Shown piece after piece: positions 53,580 through 64,000 of a stretch of 64,000 nt of DNA. Numbering within the stretch: position 1 is the first letter of the stretch; the number at the start of each line of letters is the position of its first letter. The notes beneath the pieces are model-generated. The model had not been told where the DNA came from. It searched no databases and saw only the letters and a program-made list of their open reading frames with translations. Made by a program: the position numbers and the translations under genes. The DNA is from Eledone cirrhosa (taxonomy: Eukaryota). The stretch lies in contig OZ024754.1 in NCBI GenBank assembly GCA_964016885.1, forward strand, positions 31,558,001 to 31,622,000. Direction: 5' to 3'.

Positions 53580-53780
53580 CTGTAGTATGGTAGAGACTTC
53601 CGGCCCTCTTGGCCTCAGGACCACATCCCTACTTACTGCTATCGGATCAGTGTTGGCCGCCCGGGGGTGCGAGCCCAACGAGGTGGAGTGGCTGTTCCAG
53701 CGCATCTCCCTCGCCAACCTCCGGGGCAATGTATTCTCCATCCTGTCAGCCGAGACCCAGAGGCGAATCGTAAGTTAGTT
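53580..53780 (+). mobile_element. CRE-like RLE retrotransposon 3' fragment
   Basis: VETSGPLG..IG..EPNEVEWLFQRISLANLRGNVFSIL, a typical CRE C-terminus. Confidence 0.7.
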
Positions 53781-54198
53781 GGAAATGGAGAATACTCGTT
53801 CGGACGTCTCTTTCTCTACATTTCCCCATATCTCCTAAAAGACTTCTGCCTTGTTTGTGATGTTGAGTTTCGGCTTAGAATTAAGTGGAAAAACAATAGG
53901 TTATATAGTATGACACAACCCAGTTGAGTGGACGGTAGTTACACGAAATAAAGTGTCTTGCACAAAGGTAAACGTATCGAATTTACGACGTTTTGATTGT
54001 GAGACAAACACTCTAACCACTAAGCCACACGTTTTTACATATAACCGCTGTATATTTAAAAGTTCGCTTCAGAATCGCGTGGTTCTGTGTTTAGTGTTAC
54101 TGAGTGGCACCTTGGGCAAGTGTATTCTACTAGGACCCAGGGTTGGCTAATGCCTTGTGAGTAAAATTTGGTAGACGGAAATTTAGCAGAAGCCTGTC

Positions 54199-54280
<82 letters not shown>

Positions 54281-55344
54281 GTCTCGTAACTTAGTGGCTC
54301 GGCAGAAATAGAAATCGATAAAATAAATACCAGACTTGTAAAACATAAGTTCTGGAGTCGATATGATCGACCAAACGTGGCGGTGCCCCAGCATGGTCGC
54401 GGTCTCATGGTAAATCTGTAAAAAAAAAATAAAGTCAAGGGATTCTTATTATTGTTTTGAATGTGTTTTGAAAATACGTTAAATAGGGAAGGTCATATAT
54501 GGAAGTCTATTAAAAGAATCCTGTTGCAGTTGACTGAAAGAATATTGTTACAACCTAGAAGAATGGAAAATAAATTTACTCTAAAAAATACGTTAAATAG
54601 GGAAGGTCATATTTGGAATCTAAAACTATAAAGTAAACTGAAAGAATATTGTTACAACCTAGAAAAATAGAAAAATTATTCTAAACAAATGGTTGGTATC
54701 GGGAGTGCAGCATTGTGTGTTCTCTGTTGGTTTACTTAAGGTATTTAGAGAGCTGTATTAGAAGCAAGAGCTGTGCTGGGGACAGCAGGGTTCTTTGTGG
54801 GGCAACGTGAGAAAATACGAGACTTCTAATAATAATAAACAACGTAAAAAATATTCAGAACATACTGTGCAGCACATCTCAACATCTTGAGAACAATAAA
54901 AATATTTTTTTAAAAATGGAAACAATAATGTATTCTCTCTTCTTCACTTAACGACAAGGTGACGTAAAACGAATTGGTCGATAATTGAACTCTTCTTTTA
55001 ATGATCAGATTTCTGATTAACTAGACATCGTTGTAAAATGATTTGTTCGCTAAACGAATTCGTCTCATTTAATGACCAGATTATGTTCCAACGACTGGAT
55101 AGCATATAATATCTTTAGATATTGCTTTAATGTCATCCAAGGGTTGATAGGATCCACGAGAGTATGAACAAACTACCAAGTATCAGCTATATATTAAAAT
55201 AACAGAGTACCCGTAAAAGACGACGGGGTTTACACAAAAAAAGTATTAATTTGATAATTCCTTGACTACAACATGTAAAGATCTTGAATCCTCAGTTTTC
55301 AATGACCTCCTTGTCACTCCAACCATAGCCGTACCTATTTTACA

Positions 55345-56160
55345 TTACCAGTAATACACTGGTTAATTGCTGGCCTTGTCTTAAAAGTAGAAACAATTAT
55401 ATCATGTGGATTGGCAGTATCGGTAGAGGGTCGGACGCCATGCTTTGACGTAAAGAGTTACGGCCCTTGCCATTCTGAGTTCAAATCCCGCCGAGGTTAA
55501 CTATGCCTTTCATCCTTACGGGGTCGATAAAATAAAGTACCAGTAATACACTGAGATAATTGCTGGCCTTGTGCCAAATGTAGAAACAATTATATCATAT
55601 TGGCAGTATCGGTAGAGGGTTGGACGTCATGCTTTCCAGCATAGAGTTATGTCCCTTTACGTTTGAGTTCAAATCCCGCCGGGGTTTATTTTGCCTTTCA
55701 TCCTTACAGGGTCGATAAAATAAAGTACCAGTAATACACTGAGATAATTGCTGGCCTTGTGCCAAATGTAGAAACAATTATATCATATTGGCAGTATCGG
55801 TAGAGGGTTGGACGTCATGCTTTCCAGCATAGAGTTATGTCCCTTTACGTTTGAGTTCAAATCCCGCCGGGGTTTATTTTGCCTTTCATCCTTACAGGGT
55901 CGATAAAATAAAGTACCAGTAATACACTGAGATAATTGCTGGCCTTGTGCCAAATGTAGAAACAATTATATCATATTGGCAGTATCGGTAGAGGGTTGGA
56001 CGTCATGCTTTCCAGCATAGAGTTATGTCCCTTTACGTTTGAGTTCAAATCCCGCCGAGGTTTATTTTGCCTTTCATCCTTACAGGGTCGATAAAATAAA
56101 GTACCAGTAATACACTGAGATAATTGCTGGCCTTGTGCCAAACGTAGAAACAATTATATC
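55345..56160 (+). repeat. Head-to-tail tandem array of SINE family A (188-bp period, ~4 copies plus a partial tail)
   Basis: Identical ORF artefacts at 55595, 55783 and 55971; units joined by gtagaaacaattatatcat. Confidence 0.92.
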
Positions 56161-56284
56161 ATATTTTCTTTCATCGTTATGAAATATAGATGCAGTAAAT
56201 TGCGATGACTGTAATCAATTCAAATGGCTGTCAATCAGGGGGATTTGAAGTGGTGCGTATAACGGGAAAGTTATAATAAAGGCG

Positions 56285-57170
56285 TGAGGGAATGTGTTGA
56301 GAGCGACTCAGTCGAGTGGAGTTTGGATCAATGCTGGGATTGATAGATATGAGGGAATGTGTTGAGAGCGACTCAGTCGAGTGGAGTTTGGATCAATGCT
56401 GGGATTGATAGATATGAGGGAATGTGTTGAGAGCGACTCAGTGGAGTGGAGTTTGGATCAATGCTGGGATTGATAGATATGAGGGAATGTGTTGAGAGCG
56501 ACTCAGTGGAGTGGAGTTTGGATCAATGTTGGGATTGACAGATGTGAAGGAATGTGTTGAGAGCGACTCAGTCGAGTGGAGTTTGGATCAATGCTGGGAT
56601 TGATAGATATGAGGGAATGTGTTGAGAGCGACTCAGTGGAGTGGAGTTTGGATCAATGTTGGGATTGACAGATGTGAAGGAATGTGTTGAGAGCGACTCA
56701 GTCGAGTGGAGTTTGGATCAATGTTGGGATTGACAGATGTGAAGGAATGTGTTGAGAGCGACTCAGTCGAGTGGAGTTTGGATCAATGTTGGGATTGACA
56801 GATGTGAAGGAATGTGTTGAGAGCGACTCAGTGGAGTGGAGTTTGGATCAATGATGGGATTGACAGATGTGAGGAAATGTGTTGAGTGCGACTCAGTGGA
56901 GTGGAGTTTGGATCAATGTTGGGAATGATAGATGTGAGGGAATGTGTTGAGGGCGACTCAGTGGAGTTTGAAGCTATGTTGGGATTGCTAGATTTGAGGG
57001 AATGTGTTGAGGGCGACTCAGTGGAGTTTGAAGCTATGTTGGGATTGATAGATGTGAGGGAATGTGTTGAGGGCGACTCAGTGGAGTTTGAAGCTATGTT
57101 GGGATTGATAGATGTGAGGGAATGTGTTGAGGGAGACTCAGTGGAGTTTGAAGCTATGTTGAGATTAAGT
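56285..57170. repeat. Minisatellite: ~10 x 65 bp followed by ~4 x 60 bp
   Basis: Unit gagggaatgtgttgagagcgactcagt[c/g]gagtggagtttggatcaatg[c/t]tgggattgatagatat; later units lack 5 bp. Confidence 0.92.
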
Positions 57171-57743
57171 TTCACCTAAAATATATACAAGGGAAAGTCT
57201 CACTATTCCGAAGAGAAACGAGGCTAAATAATACCAGCCGTCTTATCTCGTCTCCTTTCTATCTATCCCCCTCTCTCTCTCCCCCTCTGTCTCCCCCTCT
57301 CTCCCCCTTTTATTTATCTTCCCTCTCTCTCCCCCTTTCTATCTATCCCCCTCTCCCTCCCTTTCTATCTCTCCCCATCTCTCCCCCTCTCTCTCCCCCT
57401 TTTATCTATCGCCCCTCTCTCCCTTTCTATCTCTCCCCCTCTCTCCCTTTCTATCTCTCCCCCTTTTATCCCCTCTCTCTCCCCCTTTTATCTCTCCCTC
57501 CCTCTCTCCCCTTTTATCTATCCCCTCTCTCTCCCACTTTTATCTCCCCCTCTCTCTCCCTTTCTACCCCCCCCCCCCCTTATCTCCCCCTCCCACTCTC
57601 TATCTTCCCCCTCCTTCGCTATCTGTCCCCCCTCTCTCATTTCATCTCACTTTCTCTCTACTTATTTACCTGTCTGTCTGTGTATCTATAAAATCGTTTG
57701 CCTGTCTACCTACCTACCTACCTCCCTACCTGCCTATCTATCA

Positions 57744-58050
57744 CCCCAGTAAATTTACTGAAAGGTGGGTGAATGAAGCGAAGATGGCCCGAGTGATTGG
57801 GCCTTCTCTGTGTATAGAGAAGAAGAGAGCAAAAGGAAGAAGGGAGCACTTGCACAACACGCTCCTGGAGTTGAGGGTTGTTCTATCAACGGGGTATTAA
57901 ACAACCCATTTGTGGTGCTTCCCCCTATTAGGGATTTCGATTGTTAAATTTGTTTGTTTTAATAATATTTGTACACGACTGTATTAAAATCCCCGGCATG
58001 TGTCCTTGTTTTGTCCCCTTTTCTTGTGCGCCCTTGTGGCTAATAAAGAA
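57744..58050 (+). mobile_element. 5'-truncated Tx1-family copy 1
   Basis: gaaaggtgggtgaatgaagcgaagatggcccg..gggccttctct matches the ORF2 end; ends aataaagaaa then (TCTA)n. Confidence 0.88.
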
Positions 58051-58095
<45 letters not shown>

Positions 58096-58096
58096 C

Positions 58097-58480
58097 CTAG
58101 ATTCTTTTTTTCAAATACCACTTTGGAAGAAGAATCAGGATGGAGAGAGAGGTACTGTACCCCAGCAAGTTTTATGAAAGGTGGGTGGGAGTGGCGAGAA
58201 TGGCCCCAGTGAATGGGCCTTCTCTCTATATCAGCCTGAAGGTTGAGGAAAAGGAGGAGGAGAGGAAAGGAGTACAAACTCTTCGTATTCCTGGAGTTGA
58301 GGGTTGCACATTTTTTCGGGGGTATGTGTTACCCATATAAACTGTCTCCCTCTCTTGGGGAAAATCGACTAATTTTTTAAATTGCATTTGTGATAGTATT
58401 TTACACGTTTTTATTGTATGTAAACTTCCCCCTTTGTATTTGTCCCCTTCTTTTGTGCCCCTGTGGCTAATAAAGAAACA
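58097..58480 (+). mobile_element. 5'-truncated Tx1-family copy 2
   Basis: MEREVLYPSKFYERWVGVARMAPVNGPSLYI versus ORF2 MEREVLGPRQFYERWVKEARMARVNGPSLYI; (TATC)n on both sides. Confidence 0.9.
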
Positions 58481-58534
58481 TATCTATCTATCTACCTATC
58501 TATCTATCTATATATCTATCCATCTATCTATCTA

Positions 58535-58910
58535 CACTCTCTGGCCGTAGTCTGGTCTACTTCTTCCGATATCACTTCGGAAGAAGGATAAGAATGGAGA
58601 GAGAGGTGCTTGGCCACAGGCAGTTTTATGAAAGGTGGGTGATAGTGGCGAGAATGGCTCGTGTAAATGGGCCTTCTCTGTATACCATCCTGTAGGTAAA
58701 GAAGTAAAGGAGAGGGGAGCACCTTCTCCATGTGCTCCCCGGGCAAAGGATTGCACACTTTTTCGGGGGTGTGTGCAACCCCCAACACGTCCCCTCCCTT
58801 TTGAGGTTGTTTTCGATTATTTTCATTTTATACCCTTTTTACTCGATTTTATGTAAACTCCCCCTTTGTATTTGTCCCTTCTTTTTGTGCCTTTATGGTA
58901 AATAAAGAAA
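58535..58910 (+). mobile_element. 5'-truncated Tx1-family copy 3
   Basis: Closest to the full element's ORF2 end and 3'UTR; (TATC)n on both sides. Confidence 0.9.
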
Positions 58911-59226
58911 TATATCTATCTACCTATCTACCTATCTACCTAGCTACCTATCTATCTATCTATCTACCTATCTACCTATCTACCTAGCTACCTATCTATC
59001 TATCTATCTACCTAGCTACCTAGCTACCTATCTATCTCTCTACCAACCCATCTCTCTATCTCTCCCCCTTTCTCCACTAGCTACTATTCAATATAGAGTG
59101 TGAACTATATTAGTAAGCAATCCCTCAGCCCCCCCCCCCCCCCATCCGACTCTGTGTTGTTATATCCCTGAATATAAACATCCACTACCACTTCGGCAGC
59201 TGTTCGTTAACAATAAAACAAGTGGA

Positions 59227-59810
59227 TATATATATATATGTGTGTGTATGTGTATGTATATATATGTGTGTATGTGTATGTATATATGTGTGTATGTGTA
59301 TGTGTATATATATATATATATATATGTGTGTATGCGTATGTATATGTGTGTATGTGTATGTATATATGTGTGTATGTGTATGTATATATATGTGTGTATG
59401 TGTATGTATATATGTGTGTATGTGTATGTGTATATATATATATATATATGTGTATGCGTATGTATATGTGTGTATGTGTATGTATATATGTGTGTATGTG
59501 TATATATATATATATATGTGTGTATGTGTATGTATATGTGTGTATGTGTATGTGTGTATATATATATATATATGTGTGTATGTGTATATGTGTATATATA
59601 TATATATGTGTGTATGTGTATGTGTGTGTGTGTGTGTATATATATATGTGTGTATATATATATATGTATATGTGTTTGTATGTGTGTATGTGTGAGTGTA
59701 TGTATATGTTTGTGTATGTATATATGTGTATATGTGTGTGTGTATATATATATATATGTGTGTGTGTGTATATATATATGTGTTTGTGTGTATATATATA
59801 TGTGTGTGTA

Positions 59811-59865
<55 letters not shown>

Positions 59866-59956
59866 ATGTGTGTATGTGTATATATATATGTGTGTATGTG
59901 TGTATATATATATGTGTGTGTATGTATATATATGTGTTTGTGTGTATATATATATA

Positions 59957-59987
<31 letters not shown>

Positions 59988-60742
59988 GTATGTGTGTGTG
60001 GGGGGGGGGGCTATATTAACAGCCAGCGGTCTTGTGACTTTCAATGGAGAAAGGTTCTCCAGAAACAACTCCTTCACAGTAAACAATACATACTTACATA
60101 CTTATCAGATTTTCATTGCACTTTATGTAGCTTATTGTGTGTTTTTATGTATTCTATTAACCCCCACCCTCTCCCAGCCCGCTTCCTTTGTTAGTTTTGT
60201 GGGTGTTAGATGTGGTGTATGCAATAGTCCAGTCATACACTTACACACACACACACACACACACAGACACACACACAGACACACACACACAGACACAGAC
60301 ACACACAGACACACACAGACACAGACACACACACACACACACAGACACACAGACACAGACACACACACACAGACACAGACACACACACACAGACACAGAC
60401 ACACAGACACACACACAGACACAGACACACACACACAGACACAGACACACAGACACAGACACACACAGACACACACAGACACACACAGACACACACACAC
60501 ACACACACACACAGACACACACACAGACACAGACACACACACACAGACACAGACACACACACACACAGACACAGACACACACACACACACAGACACACAC
60601 ACACAGACACAGACACACACACACACAGACACAGACACACACACACACAGACACAGACACACACACACACACACAGACACAGACACACACACACAGACAC
60701 AGACACACACACACACAGACACAGACACACACACAGACACAG

Positions 60743-60770
<28 letters not shown>
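59227..60770. repeat. Compound (TA/TG)n (59227-60000) and (CA/CAGA)n (60243-60770) microsatellites
   Basis: Direct reading. Confidence 0.95.
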
Positions 60771-60778
<8 letters not shown>

Positions 60779-61640
60779 GTTTGTATGCGTACACATATAC
60801 ACATATACTGCTAATGTACCTATGTATAGTCACGTGTGAACACACATATATAGCTAATGTATTTATGTGTGTGTATATATATATATATATCTATATATAT
60901 CTATATATATATGCATTATGTGTGCATATATGTGTATGTGTGCATATATGTGTGCATGCGTGTAGGTATGTTTGTTTGTATACGTATGTAGGTTTGTTAT
61001 GTATGTGTCTGGCGCGATATATGTGAAGTAAAGTAGATGGATATCCGTCGGTTTCGAAGATGAGTTTTTCCTTCCTTTCGGTTTTTCGATCAACTGAAAG
61101 GCCTGTCAGTGAAAATTAACGTACAAGTGGCTGAGTATTCCGCAAAAAAAAAAAAAGTTTAAAAAACCACATTGCATTAGTTGACTCGGCTTGAGAATGA
61201 GTCAGAACAGCATCTGGTGGTTAATGCTGCAATGGACTGGCGTCTTGTACTTGCAGTCACTCAACGCCACATGAATCTGAAACAGATTTAATGAGTTTAA
61301 ATGAAATATTTGAAAGAGAAAAGTGGCGATCGTCAGATCTGATGAAAGAAACAATGTTTCCATTAGTCTGTCCATTGGTGATACTACGAGTATCTGCCTG
61401 TCACAGGTCCTGTCAGAAGGAAGCGGGGTTTGAGCCGGATCAGATACCACAAAGCATCTCCTTCAACTAATTGAAAATTCCACCAATCCATTGCCTCTGG
61501 ACTTGTACCGTATTGATCTATCGATCCTGAAACGATGAAAACTAAAGCTGACCTCAGTGGACTTTGAAGCGCTGTGAGACGAACCAGCTACCGATGCTCT
61601 AACGATCCTTTCAGTTCGCCGCCTTTTGAATATTTAAAGA

Positions 61641-61703
<63 letters not shown>

Positions 61704-61779
61704 AGCTCACACCTATGCAGGTTTAGCTGGCCTCCTCCAAGGTGTCTTGGGTGATTTAATGATAGTCCTATCATCTCAT

Positions 61780-61915
61780 TTCTACAGCTGAGTAAATTGG
61801 AGCAATGTGAAATAAAGTGTCTTGCTCAAGGAAACAACATATCACCCGGTCCGAGAATTGAACTCACAACCTTTCGCTTGCAAGCCCAATGCTCTAACCA
61901 CTAAGCGATGCGCCT
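61780..61915 (-). mobile_element. SINE family B head and core
   Basis: Reverse complement of ggcgcatcgcttagtggttagagc..gagttcaattctc..gttgtttccttgagcaagacactttatttcac. Confidence 0.8.
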
Positions 61916-61924
61916 TCATATAAT

Positions 61925-62722
61925 ATCTTCTTCTTGTTTTCGTATCTTCGAAGCATGCGGTTATATGACAGTTTCCCATTTCTTTACACAGTCCTTTGCA
62001 TTATTATTAAATTCTGCGAGATCTTTTAAGCGGCACTGGTTGTGTAGTAGAGGGCAAACGAGGCAGTGCTGCATCGTATGGTCCTTCTCTCCGCATTCGC
62101 AGATGGTTGGGCCGGTCTTGTAGCCTCATCTGGCCATACCAGCTTTTGATCGTCCCATTCCTGTTCTCAGGCGGGTGAGTGTCTTCCACTAGACCCATGG
62201 TGCTTCTGAGCCAGGAGGGAGGGCTTCAGAAGGGGGATTCTCATGTCAATAGGAGGGGAGTCATTCTCTGGCTTTCTAGTCCATAGCTGTAGTCTGGTTT
62301 CTTCCTGAGATGTTGTTAGGGGCTGGACATGGTTGAGGAAGCTTCTCCTTGACTTCAGTCGTTGGGCCGGAGGTTCACGTCCGTGAAGGAGGTGGCGTTC
62401 ATCACTGATAGCCTTTGTGATCTCTACTCGGTTGGCAGCTTCCCGTCTCACATCTGCAGGGGCAATGCCACCAAGGAGATGCAGGTTGTTAGGCTTCAGG
62501 CAACCAGTGATAAAACGGCAGGTGTTGTTCAACGCTGGGTCTAGTTTACTGGCATGGGTTGATCTCTCCCAAACAGGACACGCATACTCCTCAGAGGAAT
62601 AGCACAGGGCCAAGGAAGTACATCTTAGTGTGGCTCTCCATTTGGAGTTGGTCAGTTTCCGTAGGATGTTGTTCCGGGAGCTGACTTTCAATTTGGTGTT
62701 TTTGATGTGTTCCTTGAATGAT
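61925..62722 (-). pseudogene. Vingi/Ingi-like LINE 3' fragment
   Basis: RNNILRKL..W..TLR..LALCYS..EYACPVW..H..LN..CRFITGCL..GIAP..RR..RLKSR; short (AAG)n end; 5' end in a TA run. Confidence 0.7.
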
Positions 62723-62870
62723 TTATATATATATACATTTTTAATATACCCGCGGGACACACACACACACACACACATATTTATATATATTTATTTATAC
62801 CTTTATTATATAGAGAAAAGAATTCTACGGGACTAGAACTGTTTCATTCGTATGAAATCATCGGGACCCT

Positions 62871-62949
<79 letters not shown>

Positions 62950-63331
62950 AGGAGGAGGAGTGTTGCGTGTCACAGATAATGGTTTTTGATTTAAGCCCAA
63001 GGTCAACAATTTGGGGGAGGGGGGTTTCTAATATATCGACCTCAGCGTGTAACTGGTACTTTATTTTAAGGACCCCGTAAGGATGATTGGCAAAGTTAAC
63101 CAGGGCGGGATAGCTTTCCAAGAGATGGCAACATGAATGGACCTGGTATTTTTCTCTAAAAACATTTTTTCCGATCCCGCCCTGCACGTCCCATCAATCT
63201 TACTAATTTCTCATTCTTTCTGTTGATGAAGGACTAGCGTCCGAAACTTTAAGACCCCCTTCCTGCTATTCCAAACGTTAACCTAATATATTCCTTCCAT
63301 ATACTGTATGGATTGTGTTGTTATTTCTGCT

Positions 63332-63368
<37 letters not shown>

Positions 63369-63494
63369 TCTCCACCACTCCCCCACACACCCTCGGAACT
63401 CTCTTCCCACCCACTTTTCTCCTGAAGAAGAGCGTGAAACTAATAAACTTTTGTTTGTACTGCCTCTGTTTTGTTCCCGTTCCATTTTTCACTA

Positions 63495-63864
<370 letters not shown>

Positions 63865-63865
<1 letters not shown>

Positions 63866-64000
63866 AACGAAGGAAGAGTGGTAAGGAACCAGATGAACCA
63901 TAACGCACCAGAGTACTCAATACTTAGGGTAGTAGAGTAGGTAATAGGAAAATGTTTTACCCCGACGGCAGAAATAGCCGTCGAAACGGCTTGAGCTCTG
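63865..64000 (-). mobile_element. Family P1 fold-back pLTR copy (runs off the window)
   Basis: Matches 5970-6150 in reverse; the inverted arm starts at ~63970. Confidence 0.8.

Noticed and set aside
52330-54670. Diverged local duplications (52350-52710; 54470-54670)
   Set aside because: Short, degenerate and without recognisable structure; ordinary local duplication.
60010-60080. Candidate exon (ASGLVTFNGERFSRNNSFT) and a similar one at ~6410-6490
   Set aside because: Weak splice signals and no recognisable protein similarity.

Overview
Eukaryotic, repeat-dominated genomic DNA, probably from an octopod cephalopod. That assignment is inferred from the very dense (TA)n/(CA)n/(TATC)n microsatellites and the tRNA-derived SINE types. 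There is one clear host-type gene: an intronless poly(A)-binding protein ORF (44835-46028, -) with four RRMs and no visible MLLE domain. The main mobile feature is an apparently intact ~5.7 kb L1/Tx1-type non-LTR retrotransposon (ORF1 with CCHC knuckle; ORF2 APE-RT-zinc finger) sitting inside a (TATC)n array. Three diverged 5'-truncated relatives are stacked in another (TATC)n array at 57.7-58.9 kb. Together these suggest a TATC-microsatellite-targeting family, which also has covarying 3'UTR stem-loops and an AUG-less ORF2 start. A second recurring system is a set of Penelope-like pseudo-LTR fragments in (TA)n arrays. They carry minimal hammerhead-ribozyme motifs, are often folded back at the ribozyme's helix II, and share a downstream ACTC..GAGTRC motif. 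The rest is fragments of RTE, CR1/Jockey-like, R4/Dong-like, CRE-like, Vingi-like, Helitron and MITE elements, many SINE copies, and minisatellites that grew out of TE sequence. Nearly all other ORFs in the track are microsatellite artefacts. All coordinates were read by eye and are approximate to a few bases; no database searches were run.
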